From Octopus bimaculoides (Eukaryota), in NCBI RefSeq assembly GCF_001194135.2, contig NC_068994.1:5135455-5168069 (forward strand): 32,615 bases of DNA. The letters run 5' to 3'. A model generated the notes under the pieces. The model made no database searches, was not told where the DNA came from, and saw only the letters and a program-made list of their open reading frames with translations. The position numbers and the translations under genes are program-made. Shown piece by piece: positions 22,001 through 32,615 of this stretch; positions within the stretch are counted from its first letter, which is position 1, and each line of letters begins with the position of its first letter.

Positions 22001-23200
22001 TACTGCATGGTGGTGTTACTACTAGCAGCCCAGTAGCCTGAGGTATAGAGCAACAGGGTTTTATGACTCTTGGTTTATTCTAAAGTACCTGTGTATTAGA
22101 AGGTTCACATTAAGTTTGGGTTCGACAATGTACAGACTTTTTCCATTACTAACCTATCACACCATGTTGGAAGGGAAGTTGGAAGGAATTATTAGAAGGC
22201 ACAAAATAAAGGATATCAACAAATAGGGGTTATGGCATGTTGAGTCTGTGTGTGTGTATGTATGCATAGAGGAGAGAAAGGGTAGATAACTCAATAGGCA
22301 CGGACCTAAGACTCCAGGCAATTAATTACAGAAAGGAAAAGACAATGTTTTGTTTAAATGCACAAAGGAAAAATTGAAATATAAAAATATATAATGTAAT
22401 CTAAACTTAAAATATATTGTAGACGATAGGGTTCCTTCGAGAAACTCCTCGACTAAGGGGAGGCAAGAAAAGAATTTATATGCGAAAGAAGCCAGCTAGC
22501 TGTGACAGTTTCATAAGTTATTAACAGAGGAAAGGGAAGGACGGACATTGTTGGTTCACAATGGAAGGATGGGAGGAGTTGAACAGAACTGTGGTGTGTT
22601 CAGTTTTCAAGCCAGACTAATGTAAAATGACAATGACAGTCGGCCGGGTATCTATTGGCCAGTTCTCTTGTCACTATGGAAACATGTGTCTAGAAAACAA
22701 GGAGTAGAAAGATATTAATGCGCAGGGAGGTGGTGCAAAGGTTAACCAGGATTAAGTGCAAACTAACTCCCTGTGTATTCGCTTGCTCTATACAACTACC
22801 TACTCCATTTAGCACACACAGAGTCACACTATACTGGCATAAAGGTGAGTAAGAAGAGCCTGGCTCAGTGGCTTTGTCAAAAAATGTATGTGATCTGGGA
22901 AAAGAAACAAAGACATGAGACAGGCTCAGAAGCTCCTCTTCGAATCAGTATTTTCAAGCGTCAAAAACATTTGTCATTCATCTCTCCTCTTTGCACAAGA
23001 GGTGTTCACTTATTTAACAAACTTGTTGGTTTTCTCGGATCTTTCTGTTTGTTATTTTGCCCTAGTATATTTAGCATCTATTAGCAAAAATAAGCAACAT
23101 TCAAAGGATTGTGAATAGTGGGGTGGGTGGGTGCAGAGAGAGGTGCACTGCAATTAACAGCTACCCCACTCCATCCTAAAAGCATCTTATCAGAAGCGAA

Positions 23201-24932
23201 TTAAATGGAATATTCCAGAAGGGTCGCAAAACTACTTGCATCACCACCCAGATTTGCATTAAGTGTTACTCGGGTATTTGTACCCCAGTATTTGCCCAGT
23301 TCGACTGTACCTTCCCAGATATTGTTCTTTTTCTCTAAAGTTGTCCAATCCTGGTCCGCAACAACAGCAACAGCATTAGCCGAAGGTATGGAAACCTTGA
23401 AGTTGACATTTGCCATGGCCTGTTCAGCATAAGGGCCAAGCACCAGAGGATCCCACATGTAGCAACCTTCTTTCCACTGTGCGTATTGCTTGGGGAAAGG
23501 ATAGGGTTGTTTTACAATAGCAGGGACATGTACCAAGTAGTTGTAAATACCTGGCAGTTGTTGGCTTGTATCCCGACATGGCAAAGCATAGAGCTGAAGC
23601 TTAAAGAAACCAGTTTTGGACAAAAGTACCAAAAAGCTAACAGTAGCACCTTCGGACTGGGTAAAGACACACTCAGCGTATTCCTTATTCTCCTCCACAG
23701 AGATCAAATTAGCTGTAACTCTCATTGGTTCAGCAGTAGCTAATTTAATTTCAACAAAGTTGCCTTCTAACTTAATTAGTTTATTTGGATGAGATATTGT
23801 ACGAAGGCCAAATTCCTCAAATTTCTGTTGGGGACCGAGGTAACCGGGGGGGAGCTTGGGTAGTTGAAGAGCTTTGACGTCTTCATTGCAGACAATTAGA
23901 TATTGTGCAATATGATAGAGGGTCATACCTTCTAAAGCAGGATCATTAGCATAGATCTCGAGACCATATTCACCTCGTCCAGGTAAAGAGATTTTAAAGT
24001 AAGCTGTGCGCCCAACTATTTGGTCAATGATGTAACCCTCGAGATCATCATCGCTGTGGTTGTTCGACTTTAACTTCGCCATAAACTGTCTATTCTGTTC
24101 TGGCATGCGAATTTGTAGTTCAGCCTTTCCTTCTCGTGAAACTACGCAGGCTGTCTGCTGGAAAGTTGACAGGCCGTATTTCTGGAAAGCTGAGCCAGTA
24201 CCCCATGTGAGATAACTGCAAGGTGGGAAAGGTGTAGGTTCTGGCGACGACACGGATTCTTGAATGATTTTGTATTCGCACACCTGGGAATAAACGTTAT
24301 CTTTGTTCTCTGGAGTGTCTTCCTTAGCATATATGTACAACACATATGAACCAGTAACAGGCAGGCGAAGGCGGAAAGATGCAATGCCATTGCTGCTCTC
24401 TTGCATGCCATAACGATTAATCTTGATGCCTTTGTACTCTTCTCTACCATCTTCAAACTGGATGCTGAAGTTGAAGGCCAGGGGTCGTCGTTGGTGAGGA
24501 TAGGTGAGGCGAATGTTCAGTTCACCACGTGCATTAATAACAGCTGTGGTGTTACTGATAAACTCCAGTTCATACTTGAAGAACTGAGGCTTCATGTGTG
24601 GTTGGTTCTCAAATTCTTCCAAAGTAACAGGTTGTTCTAGCAGCTGCCACTTAGGGTCGTCAGGGAAATGAGTAAACTTGAGTTGATGAGGATTAGTCAA
24701 AAAGAAATACTCGTCCAAGGAATATAGGAAATCCTCTTCATCAGTCTGAGTACTCGATTGTTTGCCGATTATGCGCCGCGCTGCCCAGTGGCAGTCTATG
24801 AGGCACCAGTGGCCGTAGATGTAGACTGCATTCCACGAGTGCTGATTGCTGCCTCGAGTAAACTTCTGGCCAGGACGATAGTCGGCTCCCTTGGCAAACC
24901 CACTGATAATTTGGCTGTGGATACCAGCATAC
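23201..24932 (-). CDS. Hillarin/KY-family transglutaminase-like protein, last coding exon (His/Asp half of TGase-like domain, three ~115-aa repeats, terminal module, stop)
   Basis: Lies in the 594-aa ORF 23201..24985, whose first 17 residues are intronic CT-repeat. Acceptor ctccaacag|G (AG at 24934-24933), phase 2, TAA at 23203-23201. Motifs YAGIHSQIISGFAKG, QHSWNAVYIYGHWCLID and DEYFFLTNPHQLKFTHFPDDPKWQLL match the KY/hillarin/Cyk3 transglutaminase-like family. Confidence 0.93.
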
Positions 24933-24944
24933 CTGTTGGAGTAG

Positions 24945-25110
24945 ATAGAGAGAGAGAGAGACAGAGATGATAGAGAGAAATACATGGTGGAAAGACAGAC
25001 TGGGAAAGAGAGAGAGAGGTTATGGAGAAAAAGAGACAGAGAGAGAGGGTAAGAGATAATGGCGAGACAGAAAGAGATGATGGAGAAGAGACAGAGAAAG
25101 AGATGATATA
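24945..25110. repeat. GA-rich purine tract (CT-rich on the coding strand) abutting the acceptor of the 1.7-kb exon
   Basis: Direct reading. Confidence 0.9.
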
Positions 25111-25308
25111 ATAATTATAGTAGAATAAGAAATAGGAAGTCCTTGAGACAGTATTCTATCTTTGAAAAAAGGAATAGAAATGGTTTTTCTGATAATTTTT
25201 CCAATTTAATAATTACATATTATCAAAAAAGCCATTTCTATTCATTTTTTTTTCATAACAATAGATATACGTAGAGAGATAATATAAGATATACAACATA
25301 GTAGTTAC

Positions 25309-25449
25309 CTGCAGAGGATATCAAAGACCATAGCATATGTGGTCCTGCCTGTCTTCAGGCCCATAAGGATCTCTTCAGGACTGTTTGGTTCAACATTTTG
25401 AAAGTTGAATGCACTCAGGTCTTTGGAGGCCAACCAACGGAACACGATT
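25309..25449 (-). CDS. Hillarin/KY-like gene, internal exon (IVFRWLASKDLSAFNFQNVEPNSPEEILMGLKTGRTTYAMVFDILC)
   Basis: Acceptor ttctcaacag|A, donor AG|GTAACT. 141 nt, phase 2 to phase 2, joins both neighbours in frame, giving ...EKVR-IVFRW... and ...ILCR-YAGIH..., a typical TGase-like N-terminal half. Not in the ORF track. Confidence 0.9.
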
Positions 25450-25884
25450 CTGTTGAGAAACAACACTGTTAGTAGAGAAGCAATGTGGATTTACTGATGT
25501 AGGAGTGTGGTGTCAATGTCGAAATTGGAGGAGTAATTAAGTTGCACCATTCAGTGGCCAGCAAGGGTATAACAGAATGTCTAGGCCCAACCATCTCTCT
25601 CTATATGAGCTGACTAGTGAACTGCCATACAGTTAATTGACTTGTTAGAAATAACAGCCAAATATCACCACCTAAGTATCTTGGAAAGGGATGGACACAT
25701 TGGATAATGTACTCCTCAATACACAATGCCTGAGAGAAGTACAGAGCGGTCACACCTGAGATACCTTTGGTTATCTGTTTGTTGAATCAAGATTGATTTG
25801 AGGCTAAATAAGAACAACCATTGACTTGTCCAAACAGCTCTACATCAGATGTGTACATTGGGGACATATATGGGAAAGCAGAAC

Positions 25885-25922
<38 letters not shown>

Positions 25923-26100
25923 AGTTGGTGTGAGAGAGAGAGGGATGTGTATGCCAGGAGTATTACAGCTGCTTGTTGACTGGAAAGGCAGTTTGACTGT
26001 GTAGGTGGGGTGTATGTTAGTCGACAGACTCTCTAGTCTAGACCAACGTATAAAGATTTGAAGTTGCAATATAGGGAGGCAAGTTTAGGGGCCGACTTAC

Positions 26101-26189
26101 CTGACTTTTTCTAACTCATTGGTAATGTTCTTGCTGAATATCATATCCCAGACAAGGTCTTTGAAGCTGTCGTGGGAGCTCTTGGACAC
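26101..26189 (-). CDS. Hillarin/KY-like gene, internal exon (VSKSSHDSFKDLVWDMIFSKNITNELEKV)
   Basis: Acceptor ttccaaaacag|G, donor CAG|GTAAGT. 89 nt, phase 0 to phase 2, in frame with flanking exons. The 'L..ELEKVR.+FRW' pattern precedes the TGase-like core in this family. Confidence 0.88.
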
Positions 26190-27227
26190 CTGTTTTGGAA
26201 GCAAAGTAACATGTTAGCATGGCATTAAATGGGTCAATCCTGCCAGAAGATGGTAGTGGAGTATGAGTGGAACTGTTTGAATGAAACTCTATAGGAAGTG
26301 TGTGGGAGGTGGGAGAGGGGATGCAGAATAATTGGAAATAGAAAACAAGAGAGAGAGAGAGAGAGAGAGAACTGAATAAATAGGAATGGGTAAGTAAAGA
26401 TAGAGAGAGAGAGAGAGAGACAGAGCGATCACTAAGGAGAAAGTTAAAGAGAGAGAAATAAAGAAAAAATCAAAGGAAGAAATAGATAAAAAGAAGAGAG
26501 TCTGACACAGAGAAAAGAGTAGAAACCTGCCTTGGAAGTGGGTGGCATTGTAACAGATTTTTCAGTGAAATTGTTACATTATGGTCAATACTGATCATAA
26601 CAATAACAATAACTGTTATATACAACAAACAGTAGAAACAATTAAAACTGTGGCAGGCAGTAATATAGGAGGAGACTTTGGCTTCAAAGTTTACATCTAT
26701 CTTTTGCCTTCTGTCTGAGTGAAGTAATTTTGAGAGACAACCTACCAACGTTGGTCAATGTGAGAAAAAGGGTTTTTAAGAGTTAACCATCACAACATAA
26801 ATTTTCAACAATTGGTTAGCATTCAATTTTTAATTGTGTAAAAATTAACTCGACAGTCCATGTCAGTAACGAGAGGAGTCCATACAAGAGAGAGTTTGTA
26901 GAGTTCAGTTGGTGAGAAGAGAGAAATATGTAACAAATCTAAAATGCTTACAGATGACATCACTTCTTTCTCATTCTCAAAGACTAAAACATCAGATCCT
27001 TCTGTCCCTGCAGCAGGAACTAAACTAATTAAACTCTCTTAAGTTTACTCTTTATGTTGCGTTTGCATTTAATTACATATTGATAATAAGTTGTTTGACA
27101 ACCATCACAAACTCATTGGGATTGGTTTAAGTTTCCTTTATAATGCTGGCGAGCGTCTCCACAATCATCATCTGTCCTTACCAACATAAGAAAGTTGTTG
27201 TCGTCGTCATCGTTGTCATCATCATCA

Positions 27228-27432
27228 TTTAAGGTCTGCCTTCCATGCTGGCATGGGTTGGATGGTTTGACAGGAGCTAGCCAGGCAGTAGACTGCACCA
27301 GATTTCTGTGGTTCTTTTGACATGGTTTTTACTGCTGGATGCCCTTCCTAACACCAACCAACCTGCAGAGTGGACTGAATGTTTTTTTACGAGGCACCAG
27401 CACAGGTGAGGTTAGTTTTGGCATGGTTTTTA
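27228..27432 (+). mobile_element. Interspersed repeat with RTE-type 3' motif (ggatgcccttcctaacaccaacc)
   Basis: The GGATGCCCTTCCT..C.CCAAC motif is typical of RTE-related LINE/SINE ends. Preceded by (TCA/TCG)n. Confidence 0.5.
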
Positions 27433-28157
27433 TCCAAACAATATTACATTGAAGGCTTGAAATAAAATACTGCTGCTGTTGTTGACCCCTATGTCAAATC
27501 TATGACCAATGTGTCCTTCCTTTTCTAAGATGATATGGTGTGATTTGATGGAATTTGGCTGTTATTTCCAGCAAGCTGATATTTTCCCCATCACATTTGA
27601 TCCAGTTATAATAAGGCTCTTTGTCTCTTTGTTCACAGTCATTGTGATCTGAAGAAGTTCAAAAACATCTCAGTTGGTCAAGTTTATATTTTTCTACATT
27701 AACTCAGTCTCATTAGGTCGATGTCTGCCATTATTTCTCTTATCTCCAAGTCATCTGGAATGTGTTTTTGTTAAGAAGTCTTCTGTTATCCCCACAGTCT
27801 GTCAATTTCACCAGCTGATATTAGCTACATCATTCTAGATTGTTATCTAATTTAACCAAGGTCTCTGAACATGAAGGAATAACAGAGGGAATGAAGCAGA
27901 GCAGTGGGTGGCAGTGATGTGAATGATCCACAATGGAGGAGTCTGGGTAACCATTAACTCCAGGACCCCACGATCCACAGCTCAGAACGATGTATGCACA
28001 AACCTGACCAATGTTCTGCATCAATATCCTAGTGATATAAAGAAATGAACATACAATAAACCAATAATATACATATATATAGCAGTGAACATAATAACTA
28101 GAGACTGAAGGGAGTCAAGCTGGGGTTTGGCTGATTACAGGGTCACCTGCAGAGAGA

Positions 28158-28430
28158 AGAGAGTTAGAAGGGTTTTTTCCTTGATGGAGCATAGTTAACT
28201 CAGATAAAAGGGGACTAGAAGAATTTTATTCAGACAGGGCAGAGTTGACTCGGATAAAAACGAATTAGATGGGTCTTACCTGTCTTACCTAGATGAAGCA
28301 TGGTTGCTGCAAATGGAATAGACTAGGTGTGACCCATTTGGATGGTAAGCCATCTCAGAGAAGGAACTAGATGGCAACTACTTGGATGACACGAGAGGAG
28401 GAGTTAGAAAGGACTTACCTGGATGGCATG
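28158..28430. repeat. Degenerate ~40-55-bp tandem units (gagttagaaggg.cttacctggatgg.gcatgg-like) overlapping the 28419 splice donor
   Basis: About six imperfect units. A further copy is at ~30484-30520. Confidence 0.55.
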
Positions 28431-28847
28431 GTCATCAACAGATTTCAGCACTTTTTGATCCATTACCTCCAGAGAAGGCTTATGTTCTTGGTTGGATATT
28501 GGTACTGGAGGTGGTGCACCTTTTGACTCATCTACAGCTTCCAACTTGAAAGTGGTAGGAGGCAAAGGTGCAACCTGCCCCTTTGATCGCTTTTCGACAA
28601 TAATTGGAGTCTCTGAAGCAGGGATGTTAAAGAAGTTAGCCCTTTGAGTGGGCTTGCTATAGAACTGGCCAGCCCCAGGTCGATAGGAGAGATGACCCTG
28701 TCCTTTGGAATGCGCCATTTGGCCAAAGAGTGGTTGTTGAGCAGTGTTTTGTAATGTTCCGTAGAGAAACTGTTGCTGGAGCAGCTCAGGAGGAGGTGGT
28801 GGGAAGTTTTGGTCATTTATGTCCATGTTTTGCATACCATCGGTCAA
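28419..28847 (-). CDS. Hillarin/KY-like gene, Pro/Gln-rich internal exon (LTDGMQNMD...FPPPPPE...VDDHAIQ)
   Basis: Within ORF 28404..28877. Acceptor ctctgtttctgcag|TTG, donor CAG|GTAAGT. 429 nt, phase 0/0. Ends in VDDHAIQ, which continues in frame into VSKSSH. Confidence 0.85.
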
Positions 28848-29524
28848 CTGCAGAAACAGAGGAAATATAATAAACATCAGTAACTATCAATTGTAAAATC
28901 AAATAACAGAATATTTAGTTCATCAATAATATTTCTTGATAAGGAATAAAGTTGTAAATAAAGAGAGTTAAATATCTTCTTATATGGCAAATCTGAAGTC
29001 TCTTCTGGAATATAAACTCACTATTGTTAACCGTCATGGATGCTTTTATTTTATTGAGTAACAACAATTAATTTCACTTTTAGAGAAATCTTATCTGAAA
29101 TATTTGATTAAAATAATCAAAGCAAGTGTATAAATGTGAAGAGTCCCATACAACATTTGTTAGCCTAAAAACAATGCCCTTTTCTTTATGTTTACGGGTG
29201 CTTATGAATACGACCATAGATAATTGGATAATATAAAGTGGATGATTTACAGAGTCTTTAGTGCATCAGATAGATTGTGTTGCAGTAATCACTCCAGTTC
29301 ACTATGCTATGAGATCAAATACCACTGAGGTCAGTTTGACTTTTGTCCTCTTGGGATTGATAAATAAAATAACAGTCCTGCACTGGTGTCAATTATTTCT
29401 CTTTCATTCACTCTTTCTTTCTATCTGTCTGACTTCCTTTCTTCTGGCACAAATTGGGTGTGGTCAGAATTGGAGAGGGATGAGCTTCACCAAATCTCTC
29501 CCTACAACTCCATCAAGGCATGTT

Positions 29525-29574
<50 letters not shown>

Positions 29575-30427
29575 TCATCATCATATGTGTGTGTGTGTGT
29601 GTGTGTGTGTCTATTGAAAAATGTAACAAAAATAAATAACTACAGATCTTTATTTGGAAGTAAATATTCAGATGAATCTAAGTAAATGTACTCTCTCTCA
29701 TTCATTCTTTCTTTCTCCCTCCCCCTCTCTCACACACATACACACAGCTGATGTTAAGTGCTAACAGGAACCATGTGTACCATTAAGTAGTTTTAGTCTC
29801 ACCCTGACTCCTTCCTTCTGTTTTATTAGCCTTCTGTAGTAATGATGGTAGAAACGGTCCCCTTTTCTCGTATGGGACAGCTGGACAAGCAAAACAGCCA
29901 AGACATTGTGTGTATGTTAGTGTCTGAATGTATGTATGTGTACGCAATGCAGCTATCTGCATTAAGGTTTCAACTGTATAGGCTTTGCAGGTATATACAA
30001 TGTATTTTCACATTCAATAGCATTTTGCTCGGAAATTACATGCGAGAAAGTTGGCATACATGATTGTGAAACGAGAACACATGAATGAGGAGAAGTGTCC
30101 ATGCAGATATATAAAATGTTTTCACATTTCAATGTGTGCACCAGACGATGAAAGACGGTGATGAGTGGTCAGATCTGTCCAGCTCATATCAGTATTCAAA
30201 AAACAGTTGTAAAAAGATGATGATGATGGTGATGATGATGACAGTAATGTATATAAATAGAGACACATCTGCATAGATGTTTTAAGTTCATAACCTGGTG
30301 CAGGTGTTACACTGTTTAGGATCATTCGGCTGGACAAGAGAATGTCTGTAGTGGACTAGTATGAAATTCTGGAGTGGAGAAGAATCACATCCATAATATC
30401 TTTAACTACCTTTTAACATTATAAAAC

Positions 30428-30472
<45 letters not shown>

Positions 30473-30679
30473 ACTCTAGACAGAAGGAGTTAGATGGGTC
30501 TTACTTGCCTGGTGCATGGAGTGACCATGATCCAGCCAGGTATGTGTGCGTGTGCAATTTTATAAATTTAAATGAGAGAAAGAATATGCAATACACATAG
30601 TAGTAAACATTATTTGTGAACAGTTGAGAATCTGTTGCAGAGCTATTCAGTTTCACACTTCTGTGCAACCGGCTGAAAA

Positions 30680-30741
<62 letters not shown>

Positions 30742-30974
30742 CATATATATACTGAAGAAAGTTCGCTCTATGTTAAGTGCAGATAATGACAACACCTTGA
30801 GTAAAAACAAAAAACAAATGTGAACAATTATACAAAACATGAACAACAACATGGAAATTTAGCAACAGAACGTAATATAAAAATACTGAAACAAAACAAT
30901 GTTTAATGAACCTTAAAAAATACCTTTCTTGAAGCCATTGTTAATTTGGTCAATGAGAGATTTCTGTACACCTA

Positions 30975-31205
30975 TGAGGTTTGGCACCTGTGTTGTTCCT
31001 ATTGTTGTTTGGCCCCCAGTCAGCTCTGAATAAACCTATGATCAGCTGTGACCATCCCTTCTTTTCTTCAAGCACAATGTATCTAGGACTATACTGTCCA
31101 ATGTGACCTTTCTTCTTTTTTTTGTTTTGTTTTAGATGGTAGGATGCAGTTTGAGCGAGATTTGGCTGCTATTTGTAGCAGGTTGAATGACCATGTAGAG
31201 GTTCC
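30975..31205 (+). mobile_element. Dispersed repeat family D copy
   Basis: tgaccatccc...aatgtatctaggact...ccaatgtg...gatttggctgctatttgtagcagg, shared with the other family D copies. Confidence 0.7.
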
Positions 31206-32423
31206 CTTGATGTAGAAGAGTTGTTGAAACTACAGGCAACATTTACATTTTTGTTAAAACTGTATATGTGTGAATACAATGGGGAAAAAAGAGGAAGAAA
31301 GGGAGTTTCTTATCAAATATTCAGTCAATTGATGAAGTAAAAATAAATGGAAATAAAATTTCTACATTTACAGTTCTTAGCAAAGTGTTTGCGTGTTTGT
31401 TTGTGGGTGTGTGTGTGTTTATGAAAATATATAACAGCAAAACTTAACAATAATAAATTTCTCCCTCCTTCACATTCTTGGAATGCACAACTCTTTCCTT
31501 TCCGGTCCTCAGCCACGAGGCTCGAAGCACATCTGTAAATAATTTCAGACACAATAAACCAACTGTCAAAATCTCTGTCGTCCTCTTTTCCCTTTGAGTG
31601 TTCTGTGACGAAGAAGGCAGTCTGCTCTTTTTCCCAACTAGTGTTCTCTACCTCAAGTGGGGGTGGTCCTCTGTTTCCTTCCTTCTGATGTAACTTTTAA
31701 TAATAGGCTCCTTATAACTTCTTCCTCAAGTGATCCTTGTAATACAGCCCACAGTGAGGCATCAATAAAACATCCAGTGCTTCAAAATACAAGTTGTTAT
31801 ATTTTGCAGAGTAGGGCTAAAAGAACATGCAGTCGTTGCTGTGTAGCTTGAGTGAAATTTGATAGGGATTTGGTTGCTATTTCTAACAAGTTGCAGTAAC
31901 CTAAAACCACTTGTATTTTGCAGTATGGATGAGTCACTAAAATACCCAGTCCAGTATTTTTACCAAATAATCTACATTTGCTTGTATTTTGCTGTCCCTA
32001 AAATGTTCACAGGTGCCTTTTTCACTAATGGTTACCCTAGAATTTTCTTCTTTTGCAGTGTTTGTCATAAAGATACCAATAATATTCCTTGTCTTATTTT
32101 GTTGGTAACACTTCCGTTTGTTCACGCAGTCCACAGTGGATATTGGTTGCACAATGTTTTGAGTTCCCTGAATTTGTTCTTCACATTTATATCCGTATAT
32201 ACATACAAATACATACACACATATATATATACATACAAAAACCAAAAACTTTCTTTACAGTGAAGTTGTTGCTATTTTAAATGGTTTCCTCTCTCTGCAA
32301 CAATCCCTCCTCCGTCCAACTGACCACTCGCCGAAAGCACCCCCGACCAAATTCTAGTCTTCAACAAACATTTAACTAGAGAATTTAGTTTTCCACAAGG
32401 AGAACATTTGCGAGTACACACAA

Positions 32424-32461
<38 letters not shown>

Positions 32462-32527
32462 ATGAAGGGCTCTGGCTGGTGGAGGGCAACAGAGAGAGAA
32501 AATGCTCAACTATCACCTTAGAAGTAC

Positions 32528-32615
32528 CTGACTCTGGCGTGTGCCCATGGCCAGACAAACTGTGTCAGCTGCTGTCCCAGGAGAATCATCTTCAGGCTTA
32601 AACAAGCTGACTTTT
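32528..32615 (-). CDS. Candidate further upstream exon of the minus-strand gene (KVSLFKPEDDSPGTAADTVCLAMGTRQSQ), truncated by the window edge
   Basis: Open frame ending at phase 0 in CAG|GTACTT, compatible with the phase-0 acceptor at 28847. The donor is only moderate and no homology was recognised. Confidence 0.3.

Noticed and set aside
23205-24970. Short antisense or alternative-frame ORFs overlapping the large exon (and 8809-9123, 28532-28816)
   Set aside because: Expected shadows of a real coding exon; no motifs of their own.
27690-28030. Possible highly decayed RTE-type LINE fragment on the minus strand
   Set aside because: Resemblance too faint to support without a search.
31430-31532. 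Candidate minus-strand exon (ttatttacag|ATGTGC...; one frame reads VLRASWLRTGKERVVHSKNVKEGEIYYC*)
   Set aside because: No canonical donor before the stop, and the frame compatible with the 32528 exon stops after 7 codons. Left unresolved.

Overview
Eukaryotic, AT-rich, microsatellite- and SINE-dense genomic DNA with five N-gaps. The repeat landscape is most consistent with an octopus (coleoid cephalopod) draft assembly; this is an inference. Two spliced, convergently oriented paralogous genes can be reconstructed by hand. (1) Minus strand: a hillarin / kyphoscoliosis-peptidase (KY) / LTD-1-family gene with at least four coding exons (28847-28419, 26189-26101, 25449-25309, 24932-23201; about 796 aa, 5' end probably upstream). 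It encodes a Pro/Gln-rich region, a transglutaminase-like domain that lacks the catalytic Cys, three ~115-aa repeats and a terminal module. (2) Plus strand: a two-exon gene (8635-9141, 14883-15056; 226 aa) corresponding only to the last repeat plus terminal module of gene 1. Between their 3' ends is a CpG-enriched, promoter-like patch (~18.2-18.5 kb) with outward-facing splice donors. The rest is transposon debris: several tRNA-derived SINE families, a decayed REL-endonuclease non-LTR retrotransposon, two mariner derivatives, a Tigger/pogo-like element containing a SINE and a 14-bp minisatellite, a hAT-like end, and many microsatellites. Most ORFs in the supplied track are artefacts of microsatellites or N-gaps. 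All alignments were done by eye; no searches were run.
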